From assembly GCA_964016885.1 (NCBI GenBank), contig OZ024742.1, positions 255,192,001-255,256,000 on the forward strand: a stretch of 64,000 bases of DNA, given 5' to 3'. Position 1 is the stretch's first letter, and each line of letters begins with the position of its first letter. The notes below the pieces were generated by a model that was not told the origin of the DNA, ran no database searches, and worked only from the letters and a program-made list of their open reading frames with translations. The position numbers and the translations under genes are program-made. Source of the stretch: Eledone cirrhosa. Lineage: Eukaryota. Below are positions 25,082 to 37,965 of the stretch, piece after piece.

Positions 25082-25626
25082 GGACGAGTTGGAAGAAGTT
25101 GTGGAGCTGCTTCCTTTGTTGACAAAGAAGGGTTTCTCCCTGCGTACGAAATGACAGTTATATGATACCTGTGTGATATGCACGATGCTGCATGGTAGTG
25201 AGACATGGGCAGCAACTGCAGAGGATATGCGACGGCTGGAGAGAAATGAAGCAAGTATGCTCCGTTGGATGTGCAATGTCAATGTGCGTGAACGACCAAG
25301 CATAGACGAGTTGAGAAAGAAACTGGGTATAAGAGGGATAAGTTGTGGTGTGCAGGAGAGAAGACTGAGATGGTATGGACATGTGATGCACATGGAGGAT
25401 GACCACTGGGTAAAGAAGTGCCAAGAAACCCCAGTAGAAGGAAGACGCAGTAGAGGTAGACCACGAAAAACATGGGCGGAGGTGATGAGAGCAGACCCCA
25501 AATCGCTGAAACTCACCGAGGAGATGACGAAGGACTGTGACAAGTGGAGAGATGCTGTGCTGAATAGGACCCGTCCAACCCTTGCAAGCAGGGAAAGGTG
25601 GACGTAAAATGATGATGATGATGATG
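25082..25626 (+). mobile_element. RTE LINE 3' end with (GAT)n tail
   Basis: MLHGSETWA..RRLRWYGHV..RGRPRKTW followed by GTAAAATGATGATG. Confidence 0.88.
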
Positions 25627-25829
25627 TTCATGATGATAGGTGGGGTGTGATATGTATTTTGTTAAAAGTGTATGTGCTATTTATGTGCATATTGTTTGTA
25701 TAGCTATTGTATTTAACAGTGTTGGATGCAGTGTGAAGTGTTTGCAGACTTGAGACCAATTTAGTAAACTATCGTGTGTGTAAATACTGGTATTTTGTGT
25801 GTCTGGGCCAGTATTCTTCCATGCTGAGT

Positions 25830-26900
25830 GAATATTTGATCTCATATGTGGGCTTCCTTGAAATAACTCATGATTAGTGTTTAGGCAATTATCTGAGGAA
25901 TTCAGCCCGTATAATATTCTTAATCTTTCACTTGGGCAAACTGGACACCTTTTTGTTCCTTTCATATAAGCGCATAATCATACAGGATGTTCCATTTAAT
26001 CTTGCAATGTATACCTTTAACTTTCAGTACCCTTACACGATTTGCAAGTACCATGGCTCTCCTCAATTCTTGGTGTTAGAAAGATGTTATATGTGAATAT
26101 TACTGTTGTTGCAACCAGTCTTGTGTCATACCCACACATCGTTCTCTGCTCACTGTATGTTCGGTTGTTTCTAGTATGATGGTATCTTTGTATACAACCA
26201 GCCTATTACATCTTTGTTCCTGCATGAGCATCTCTCAGATTTATATCAGGTTCTTTTTTATATGTTATTTTCGCCTTCCCAGAAGGTCTGCCAGAGTAAC
26301 TGATTTTCACTTTATACCTGTTTCTATTTCTATGTTCAGGGGAAAATGATTGTCTATTAATTCTCAGAATGTTGCTTATGTTAGTCTTCACTACTAGGGA
26401 GGAAAGGGGTGTAATCTAAATTATATTTCTTTTCCTATTTTATGTATATTTTGAGTGGTGGTATTGGGTATATTTTAAACTTTATCTCAGAAGCTGATAT
26501 CTGCAAATGCTTTAATATAGTATGGGGCTGCCTTATCAAATATCTCCTTGGAGTAAGATAAGTTAGAGATCCAATCGCTAGTGTTAGGGATTTTTAAATA
26601 TTACTGGAGGATCAAGACCTTCTATTAATATATCTTTGTTTTTTTAGGCTTATGGTAATGTTTATGGGTACCTGAATCTAAATCCAAGTTAACATCTAAA
26701 AAATTGGCATTAGTTAGATTAGTATCTATGGTTATTTTAATATCTAAGTTGCTAAAGGTCTGTATTAGTATAAAGGATGAATAATTCAACAAAATTACAA
26801 TACCTGAACTGTCATACAATTTCATCGATACATCGAAATGATTCCCTGGATTTGATTTTTTAGCATAAGTAGACTCATTTGTAAATATAGGAGTGTACAT
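25830..26900 (-). mobile_element. Penelope-like element relic (RT thumb + GIY-YIG), heavily degraded
   Basis: NFLDVNLDL..KP; ISNLSYSKEIFDKAAPYY; YKVKISYS; VVYK...VGMT; IKWNIL; KRCPVCPSE..NCLN..EL. Confidence 0.7.
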
Positions 26901-28299
26901 AATAGCTTCTATTTTTTATTTTTTGGTCAGTGATTGGACCAAATTGGCGTGGTATATTGAATCATATATGATGTGTTCATGTAAATAAACATCCTTTTAG
27001 CCCTCGCTAAGAATTTTAAAAATCCGTGATCATGTCACTGCTATTTTTGGCAACAAAGAGAGGGCACACTGACAATACCGCCTTTGGTTTTTAATTATCA
27101 TCTAAGAGGTTTACTCCTTTTGGCTGCTAAAACGAAATAAGCTAAAAGCTTACAGTTTTTATGCTTATGAACATCAGCTGATGAAATCATTTATGTATGT
27201 GTATGTGGGGTGTGTGTGTGTACATAAGTCAAACAAGGGTTTAAACATAATCTATACGATTTTATTAGTCTTACGTACCTTCTTACAACTGAAAATTTAA
27301 AGATAGGGAAAATTAAAAAAATTATTTTATTATAGTAAGACACCTGTGTATTGAAGCAAATCCATATTAGTAACCAGCCTTTAAAAAAATTGATTTTCAT
27401 GAGGAGTTATGTAGATATCAATATTATTAATATGACATTTTAATATTTACATATCTACTTTTTAAGAGATTCTTTTATCCTCAAATTTATGTAGATTTAT
27501 GCATTTTTATATCTCTGAGGGAAATGAAAATGAATATATGTAGGTATATCTAGAAGAGGATCTGCTTAAGAGGAGATATGTAGATACTACATCGTATTAT
27601 TCATAATATTAGCATCTATAAATCTCCTTTTGAAATAAAAATTACTATAAATAGGAATATCTTTCTTTTATTTTTAAAAATGTTTTCTTTTGTTTTAAGA
27701 CATGTTATTAGTATATGGATTTACTTCCATGTATTAGTAGTATCATATAAAACATTTTTTTTTTAGCTATCCTTATCTTTAATTTTCACAGTTGTACAAA
27801 AGTAAGACTAAAACAAAAGTTATAAATTCTGTCTAAACACTTGGTTGAATTATTATATATTATTTATGGTTTATACACTATTTGGATTATTTACCTTATG
27901 GTTTACACTTTTGATAAATTGGTTCATTATATTTGCAGATTGTAGAAACACATTGAGCAAGGGATGAATTTATTGTACAGATGTGTGTCTAAGGGCTTTT
28001 CCCTTATCTCTAACCTGTATATTACAGTCCTCCAGGCCATAAGAGAGTTTAAGACTGCTCATGGGAATTCCTATATGACAATGATCTAGTCTTCTTAGCT
28101 TAATCTGTAAAAATTCCAAATATGGAAGCAAAATCTGGAATAAAAAAGTCTTCATACTCAATCTGTGAAAGACTCAAGTCTTAGTGAGTAAAAAAGAAAA
28201 CAGGGCCCTGATCCCTTCAAGGAAATGGGCTTGTTCAGTATGCAGGAAAGGAGTAGAGAGAAATTCCATTCTAGGTACAAAACATAAGTTATTGGTATA

Positions 28300-28935
28300 A
28301 GAGAGGGATGTCGTGGGATCTTAGGCAGGCTAAAAATGAATATAGGCTTTGTATTTTGCAGATGCACAAGAGCTCACATGAAATTAGTTCTATCAAACAC
28401 TCAGATGATCCGTAGAATTAGTTGACAGCATTTGTTATCTGAGTGACTAAATTAGCAGTGTAGGTGAGTGATCTGAACATATAGTTGAAAACAAGTTGGA
28501 AAAAGCTCATGGAGCTGCTACTACTGCTGGCTACAAAGGACCTCTTCCTCAGAGTGAAAGGCAGATTGCATGATGTTTGTGTGAAAATGTCAATACTGCA
28601 TGGAAGTGAGACTTGGACTTTATATACAGAGACATTACAAAGATTGGGAAGAAATGAGGTTATCATGCTTTGATGGATGTATAATAGAAGTTTAGTATAC
28701 AAAGAAGAATCAATGAGCTGAGAGAAAGACTGGGCATAAGATGGGTTAGATGTACGGTGACAGTATGGATGACAGCTGCATAAAGAAATGCAGAGTGCTC
28801 AAAGTCAATGGTCCTTTTGGAAGGGGAAGATCTAGGAAAACTTGTGATGATGTAGTGAAGGCGAACCTCACACAGCTTAACCTCATGAAGGAGATTACCT
28901 AGGATCGAGATGACTGGCAACATGCTCTACTATAG
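28300..28935 (+). mobile_element. RTE LINE 3' fragment
   Basis: LRVKGRLHDVCV..ILHGSETW. Confidence 0.75.
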
Positions 28936-29349
28936 CAGCAAGGGGAGAGGGGTTTCCATCTGTCAGTATGTTCTTTACTTCGTAACCACACACCATGTCT
29001 ATATTCCCCAACATTAATCCTGAAAAAAGCAGAGAGATGGAACAACAATGAGGTGCCCACCTGACAGTATACTCCAAATTTCCATGCGTTAATCTCTGCT
29101 TACTATCTAAGACTCCCCACCCTATAATTTAGTCTTCTCTGTCTCACACCCTTCTTTCCTCCTCAAACCCATGCCAACATGAAGAACCTGTGCAATTTCA
29201 CTTCCTTCTCCCCTTCAGTTGCTTCGCTGACTCACTGTCTTCCCAACCCAATATAGAAAACCTGGCAGACCCCACTACTTACTTGCTTCAAGGCCTCCTC
29301 CATGACCCAGTGCTTCTTTACCCATGATACCCTATCCTTCTTCCTAACC

Positions 29350-29555
29350 TGGCAAGCAGTGTATAGCCAGCCCCCGCTCACCCATGATGGCATGTCCATA
29401 CCATATCCCAGCAAGCAACATAGAGCTAGCCCCATGAAGCATACAGCTAGCCCCCTATCAACGATGGGGCATACCCCTTAACTCAGCAAGCAGCATATAG
29501 ACAACCCTCCTCTTAAGCACAATGGCATGTCCACCCCATAACCCAGCAAGCATCA
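29350..29555 (+). repeat. Degenerate ~60-bp minisatellite
   Basis: Recurring CAGCAAGCA..ATAG..CCCC..ATGGCATGTCCA units. Confidence 0.55.
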
Positions 29556-29839
29556 TTTAGTCTCTCCTCCATTATGATCAGTACCTCACAATATTGGCCA
29601 ATGACACAACAAGAAGCATAGTATCATAATGAGGTAGTGCTGACACCAGGAACAAATATATCCAGTTCACTCTGTAAAGTTGTAGTGCCTGAGACATGAT
29701 AAAATGATCCCAGTACCCATTATAAAGTAGGCGGTATTAGGAAGGGTATCCAGCTGTAGAAACCAGAGCTCAGTATATGACAACCCATATCACCCATGCA
29801 AGCATGAAACATAGATGTTAAATGATGACAATAATGATA

Positions 29840-29958
<119 letters not shown>

Positions 29959-30132
29959 GGAGAGAGATGTACATGGAAGAATATAAAATATGTTTATGTA
30001 CAACAAACATTTATAATCATGCTGTGATTATTTTAAGTTGCAATAACGTAAAAGCTACCTCACTAATCATGTGAGATGGCCAAATACTAGTATTTCAGGG
30101 CCTTTATCCATCATTAGGAATATTTACACACA

Positions 30133-30500
30133 TGGATGTGCAATGTGCAATGTCTGTGAACGACCAAGCATAGACGAGTTGAGAGAGAAACTGTGTATAA
30201 GAGGAATAGGCTGTAGTGTGCAGGAGAGAAGACTACATTGGTATAGACATGTGATGTGCATAGAGGATGACCGCTGGGTAAAGAAGTGCCAAGAAATGCC
30301 AGTAAAAGGAAGACGTAGAGGGAGACCATGAAAATCATGGGCGAAGGTGGTGAGAGCTGACCTCAGATCGCTGAAGCTCATAGAGATGATAAAGGACCCT
30401 GACGAATGGAGAGATGCTGTGCTGAATAGGACCCGTTCCACCCTTGCAAGCAGGGAAAAGCAGGCGTAAAATGATGAGGATGATGATGATGATGATAATG
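30133..30500 (+). mobile_element. RTE LINE 3' end with (GAT)n tail
   Basis: Close match to 25265-25626. Confidence 0.85.
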
Positions 30501-30580
30501 ATGGTACAAAGGTGACTAAGCTAATGGCTTACATATAGACATTGCAAATAATACATTTTTGAAAATCTTCATTTGCATAT

Positions 30581-30768
30581 AATTGTTTCTACTTTAGGCA
30601 CAAGGCCAGCTATTACCCAGTGTATTACTGGTACTTTATTTTATCGACCCTGTAAGGATGAAAGGCAAAGTCAACCTCGGCGGGATTTGAACTCAGATCG
30701 TAAAGGGACGTAACTATGCTGGAAAGCATGGCGTCCGACTCTCTACCGATACTGCCAATCCACCGCCC
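30581..30768 (-). mobile_element. Family A SINE, full length
   Basis: Reverse complement of 19-211. Confidence 0.88.
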
Positions 30769-32145
30769 TACGCATATAATGGTGGCCCTTCATTTGCATA
30801 TAATGGTGGTTTTTCAGGCGGGTATTAATCAGCAGTAGCACTATTGGCATATATATATAGATAAATGCACAGCAACACACATACACAAATATACACACAT
30901 ATATATATAGTTGAAAATGAATCAACAAAACACAGGAGGCAATTGTACACAGTTATATTAGTTTCCTGCTTGGTGGATACATATATATAAATATATATTT
31001 ATATATATATATATTGCAGAATTGGGTCTAACGACTGAGCTCTTGCCCTTTCGAAGGCTAATTCCAGACTGTTATATATATATACATATATATCAAAACA
31101 ACAAATTAATAATGGAAATATTACTTATATTCCTAATTCCTTTCAAATCCACAATTATTTTCAAAATTATTTGAAAGCCACAGATTTCTTTTGTAATTAG
31201 AAATATGATAACACGGTAATAATATCAACAAGAACAAATGGTATGCGACAAGCAGATAATAATAATATTATTAATAATATTTGTAAAAATAGAAGAAAGG
31301 GATGAATTTCAATTCATTGACATTTCAAAAACACTTCCAGGTTTTGGAAGAAATTGTATTGAAGAAATGTAAAATTCTTGAGATTATTCTTATTATATTT
31401 ATTTTTCACAAATTCATCAAATTCAAAATGCTAAACAATAGATTACATTGCAAAGAAATATGGAAGAACCAAACCATTTGTGCCCAAAGGAATTCACAAT
31501 GAGTTACTAAAAGAAAGGATATGTGTATACATATATATATATATATATGTATATATATATGAATGTGGGTTGTGTCTAAGCGTGTGTGGTGGTGGAGGTG
31601 GTGGGGTAGGGGGGGTATTTATATATATATAAAAATAATCACAAAACACAAAGCAGAATACTTTGCGGAAATCTTGTTTGAAAACTTAAATCAGGTTTGT
31701 ATGTATGTAAGAGTGTGTGTGAGCATCTTCTTGTGTGTTATGTATGTATATATATATATATATATTAATGTATATATATATATAGATTAATACACACACA
31801 CAGATATATTAATGTATATATATACATGTGTACACACACACATATATATGTGTCTATGTGTGTGTGTGTATGTGCATACATATCTATACACCAATATATC
31901 CACAAAATGTGTTTTATGAAACCCTACAAGCTATTTCTAGGATTTGCTATAGTAAACAGTATGTATATGTTCCCAGGCAATTTTGCTTTTATCGTTAAAC
32001 ATATATATATAAAGTACTTCATAAATTTCTAAAGATGTGGCATTTCAGAAAATACTAATTCAATTTGGCTTTTTTTTCCAATATATATATATATATATAT
32101 ATAAATATATATATAATATTAAGTGGTATAACCCGTCTTTCACTT

Positions 32146-32179
<34 letters not shown>

Positions 32180-32204
32180 GACCCCACAACTTACCATGGA
32201 TATC

Positions 32205-32249
<45 letters not shown>

Positions 32250-32363
32250 ATTGAAGTGAATAACTATGTGTATACTCTGGGAATGTATCTTACATTGCCT
32301 ATTAAGTACGTTGAGATACAACCGGTCCTGGCATTGATAAATATTCTGGGTCCGTCAACTCCT

Positions 32364-32460
<97 letters not shown>

Positions 32461-32467
32461 ATATATG

Positions 32468-32993
32468 CAAGTACAGTAACTAGAGTCAGAACTTGATGGA
32501 AAAAGTTCAGAGAGCTTATACCACTATTTGCCGCTAAAGGGTTCTCTCTAAAAATGAAAGGCAGGCTGTATGATGCCTGGATACGAACAGCAATGTTATA
32601 TGGCAGTGAGACCTGGGCATTGTGTGCAGAGGATATACGCAGACTGGAGAGGAACGAAGCTTGCATGCTCCGCTGGATGTGTAATAGTAATATACGTGAA
32701 CGGCAAAGCATAAACGAACTAAGGGAAAAATTAGAAATAAGAGGGATCAGATGTTGTTTACTCGAGAGAAGACTACGTTGGTATGGTCACGTGATGCGCA
32801 TGAAAGACGACAGCTGTATAAAAAAAAGTGCAGGGCAATAAAAATAGACGGTAGCCACGGAGTAGGCAGACCCAGAAAAACCTGGGACGACTTGATAAAT
32901 TCCGACCTCACACACTTACACCTCTCCAAGACAATGTCACTGGACCGAGATCTTTGGCTCTACACAGTAATACAGAAGACCCGCCTTACCTAA
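32468..32993 (+). mobile_element. RTE LINE 3' fragment inserted at (TA)n, followed by a family-B-like tail to ~33331
   Basis: MKGRLYDA..MLYGSETW..RRLRWYGHV; GRPRKTW. Confidence 0.85.
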
Positions 32994-33899
32994 GTACAAA
33001 GTAAAACCTACTACAGTCAGTAGGCACCTCTAACAAAAATACACCCCCGTCCCACTACCCTCCACCCCATCAACACCACCCCTTCCAATGTAAAGTTATG
33101 TTGGTACCACAACATCCAGTCCGAAACAAATGAGGTCGTGTAGGTGTCACGACAAAAACACACAGTCCACACTGTAAACGTGGTTGGTGTTAGGAAGAGC
33201 ATCCAGCCGTAGAAAACCCGCCAGACAGTCCTATGCGAGCAAGACAACCACTCTTACCTCAAGTGGGAAAACTCCCATCCAAACCCACGCAAGCGTGGAA
33301 GATGGACGTTAAACGATGATGATAATGATGATACATACATATATGTTCATTTATTTATAGCTGCAAAATATAAACATTCCATAGAATATAGTAGGAATAT
33401 TTTCCCATGCAAAAATCACCCTATTTAAACAATCTCTACTTTGTGTTCGACTACACAATTATTATTAACTTTAGAAACTATAGAGATGCTTAAATATACT
33501 AGCAGAAAAACCACCCATCGGGTGGTTTTCTGCTAGCATGTGTAGTGTGTATATTGATATTATACGCAGGTATATATATATACATGTAGATATGATACAT
33601 CAAATAAAATCATAATTGACAATATATAATACATAGAAATTGAACGAAGACTGCGTTACACTGTCTTATTTAATCAGTAACGTAATCCATGATACATTAA
33701 AAAAGACAATATTATAAACTGCATTAGGAAAAAATTAGTGACAGAAAATGAGTATGTTTATTTAAGCAATGGCCAACCGGAAGTGTTGACATTTCAGAAA
33801 TTTTAAAGAAGTGAATCTTTAAATAAACAAAATATATTTAATGAACAGCCACGAAATTTAGTAGATAAATTATGTAATATTCATTCATTATTTATTCAA

Positions 33900-33997
33900 A
33901 GTTGACTTTGCCTTTCATCTTTACGGGGTCGATAAAATAAAGTACCAGTAATGCACTGGGTAATTGCTGGCCTTGTGCCTAAAGTAGTAACAATTAT
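33900..33997 (+). mobile_element. Family A SINE, 5'-truncated
   Basis: Core plus 3' end. Confidence 0.8.
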
Positions 33998-36757
33998 TTA
34001 TTCAATGTTATCCAGCTTATTTTACTAATGGGATAAACAATTATAAACCGTACACAGTCCCGCACTCCTTAATTTATTAGTTTAGATATATATATATTCG
34101 GATATGTGTGTATGTGTGTGTGTGCGTATGTGTGTGTGTGTATGCATATTTGTGTGTTTGTACTCACACTCTTATATATACATAAACATGGATATGCTCA
34201 TGACAACATGAATATATATTTTTATGTATATACAATTACAGTGCCTTTAATATACACAATATATGCTATATATTCATCACATCAACTCCAACATAAAACT
34301 TGCGGCTCAGTAGTTACCGATGATGTTGATCTTTTCTTCTTTTCGGGTTATAGCTACTGTCGCTCAGAGAGTGGGATTGGCTCAGTACACAGTCTTTGCT
34401 CACTTTAAAAATAATCTTCATGCACAGGCATTGCACGATAGCATTAATTGATAATTAATGTTATATCGTGCAATGGCCATGTAGTTTTATTTTATTCAGA
34501 GTGACTACTCTCCTAGGTGAGATATCTGCACTATGGCTTGTGCAGCCTTTGTCTGTCCTGTGCTGCATTATTTTATTTGGAGTAACTGTTCAGCTTGATG
34601 AGCTGCATTCTGCATGACTTACAGAGAGCCCACATATGGGCTCATGCAATCTTATTTTATTTGTAGTAATTACTCTCCTGGTTGGACTATTACCACCATG
34701 GCATATAGAGACATTGTCTCTAACAAGCAGTCTAAATCTATTTGAAGTGCCCACACTTCCATTCAATCTACCAGCCATGCATCTTATGGAACATTCACCA
34801 GTCATTCACAGCAAACTTTTCATCCACACATTGAGCACCCATTAAGCATGTCAAAAGAGCTCATCAGTTTATATGAACCACATTAAGAAGCCTTGGTGTA
34901 GTTGGTTCCTATAGCCAATGGAAGGTTAAGCACATTTGATAACATTGAAATACATCTTGGTTTAAACCATAACATCAAGTAAAATATTTGGAACACAATG
35001 ATGTATTCAGAAGTGCATGGTAGAAATTATTGCAACAATAATATATATATATATTATATTCTCTCATGTCCTTTGTTAAAACATCAGATGGATGTTGTTT
35101 CATGATCCCAGCAGAAAGAATTGCAAACGCATTACCCTGGTGGATGGTGAGGGAGATGTGCTAAAAGAATCAGATAACCCTGTAAGGCGTGTTCTTGCAA
35201 ATGGCTATCTCCAATTCCAATTGCAGAAAGTAGGGAGGTGGTTCAGGGATCCATGACATGATGTACTTCCACCATTATGGTTTTGATGTGAAATTCGTCA
35301 GAGAACAGCTGGTGCTTTGACAGATTACAATCTTCACTCCGTTGAATAACAGAGCCTAGATTTCTTGTTAAATTCACCAGGTTAAGTGTTTGTGGAATAC
35401 TCAGCCACTAACTTGTTAATTTCAGACTATTCCATTGATCAAACAACTAGAACACTCAAACAGGCACTCCACTCAACACACACACCACCTCAGCACCAGC
35501 CAAAACACACACCATACCAACACATCACCACTCAGCACACCACCACTTAACACACACTGCCAACATATCACCACTCAGCACACCACCACACAACACACAC
35601 ACAGGCAATCCCAACACACCCCCATCCAAAGTACACAAACCACCCAACACACACACGTATGCAATCCCAACACACCACTACCCCAACAAACCACCACCCA
35701 ACACAAACAAACCATCTCAACACACCACTACCCACCATACATGCATCACCTTACATTTTTCCAGATCAACTAACACATGTGGAGTTGAGATTTAAACAAA
35801 GGTATTTTGTACAGTGTGGGACATATATAAAGACAATTCCTCTGATGATTAGATCATTGTCTTTTGTTGCTTTACCAAAATCGATAGTTGGTAATCGATA
35901 CTTCGATTGTTTGGACTATGAAACAGCGCTGTAAGGAAGAAATTACTTTTTCCACTTTAAATTATATATATTTTCCAGAATATTATTTGCTTCATATATG
36001 TGTACAACTTATCCAGTCCTCTGAGCAGAGTCAAGTTGGGCAAAGTCATTTTGAGTGAAATGAAAATTATGGGCATTTTGAGCAATGCCTATTAAGTGAT
36101 CTCAGTTTGAGCAAACCTCAAACTGTTTTTTTTTAAGACACATTGAGCGAAGTTGATAAAAATAAAAATATACTAGAAATTTACAATTCATTTTTGCAAA
36201 TAATTACACCTTCACAATGAATAAATAAAAAAATATTAAAACTCGACAGATTTTATGGTAGAAAGAACTAAAGATTCACGTTTAAAATCGAAAAAATTAA
36301 TTCTAGAAAGAATAAAAAATTCAAAAAGTAATGTGTCTAAAATAATCTGCAATTTCTAAATCTTCTCTTGATTCAACAATACTTTTAATTCTTCTTTCTA
36401 AGTTCAAATGTACGATTGTATATATTTTGCTTAAAATTAATCTTTGCTGAAATAACCATTCGCTCTTAATGCTTCACTCTAAATAACTTTGCTCAAAATG
36501 AATGGAACCATGTACTATGAGTTTTTGAAAGGATATATGGTTCTTCTTCTCTCAACATAAATCTTTTAAATTTTAAATAAATACATACACATATATATAT
36601 ACCAATATATACATATATACATATACATATATATATATACATATACATATATATATATACATATATACATATATACATATATACATATACATATATAATA
36701 TACATATATACTTATACGTATATACATATACATATATACATATACATACACACATTT

Positions 36758-37198
36758 GAAGGCGCATAGCTTAGTGATTAGAGCATTGGGCTTGCAATCG
36801 AAAGGTTGTGAGTTCAATTCTCGAACTGGGTGATGTGTTGTTTCCTTGAGCAAGACACTTTATTTCATATTGCTCCAGTTTACTCAGCTGTAGAAATGAG
36901 ATGATAGGACTGGGGTCCCTATCATTCCACTGCAAAGTGGTCGTGGAGGTGCCACGGCAAAAAAGCACCCAGCCCACACTGTAAAGTGGACATGTAGGTG
37001 CCATGGAAAAAAATAACCCAGCACTCACTGTAAATGAGGTTGGTGTTAGGAAGGGCATCCAGCTGTAGAAATCAAGCCAGAATCAGTTCATGTATGAGCA
37101 AGACAAGGTCAGCCGACCGGACACTGCCCACAACAGGACAACCCGTCTAACCCATGCTAGCGTGGAAGAACAGATGTAAAACGGTGATGATGATGATA
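36758..37198 (+). mobile_element. Family B SINE, full length (tRNA head, conserved core, RTE-like tail)
   Basis: TAGCTTAGTGATTAGAGC A box, GAGTTCAATTC B box, CCTTGAGCAAGACACTT, tail ACCCATGCTAGCGTGGAA..GATGATGATGA like the RTE 3' ends at 25580-25626. Confidence 0.8.
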
Positions 37199-37219
37199 TA
37201 CATATAGGAAGCTTGCCAA

Positions 37220-37560
37220 ACAAACAAACAAAGGATGTGGAGACCCTCCAGTCATATCATGGACATAGCAGCCTCCCATGTATTGGTGATCTACATGATA
37301 AACGCACCCAGTACATGCTGTAAAGTGGTTGGTGATAGGAAGGGCATCAAGCTATAGAAAACACACCAGACAAAGAGTCGGAAAGACCCTTCAGTCATGA
37401 CAAGGACATGTGAACCTCCCTTGTGTTGGTGATTTAAACAATAAACCAACCCAGCGTATGCTGTAAAGTGGTTGGTGATAGAAAGGGCATCCAGTCATAG
37501 AAATCTTGCCAAACAAAGGGTTGGGAGGATCCTCAGTTATGTAAAAGGCTTGAAAACCTC
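37220..37560 (+). repeat. Tandem ~135-140-bp units of the family-B internal segment (similar array at 41165-41560)
   Basis: Repeated TGTAAAGTGGTTGGTGATAG.AAGGGCATC. Confidence 0.6.
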
Positions 37561-37885
37561 TCCTGAGCACTCAATGGAATATGAGACTGTACTTAAGTGA
37601 GACACAGATCCCTGGCTTGCCTAAGAGATCAGTGGCTCCACTTCAGTACTGACTTGGTCTATATGAACCCATCCAACCCTTGCTAGCAGGGAAAGTGGAC
37701 ATTAAAATAACAATTATAGAGAGATACCTATCTCTCCATGCATTGAGTATTCCCATGATTAGGGGTCTCCCTAGTTTCTGCACCACAGACCAGAATATAT
37801 ATATATATATATGCAATGAGTGAAGAGATGCTGTGCTAAAACCATGGAGAAGCAGACTTAAAAACGATGATGATGATGATGATGG

Positions 37886-37965
<80 letters not shown>

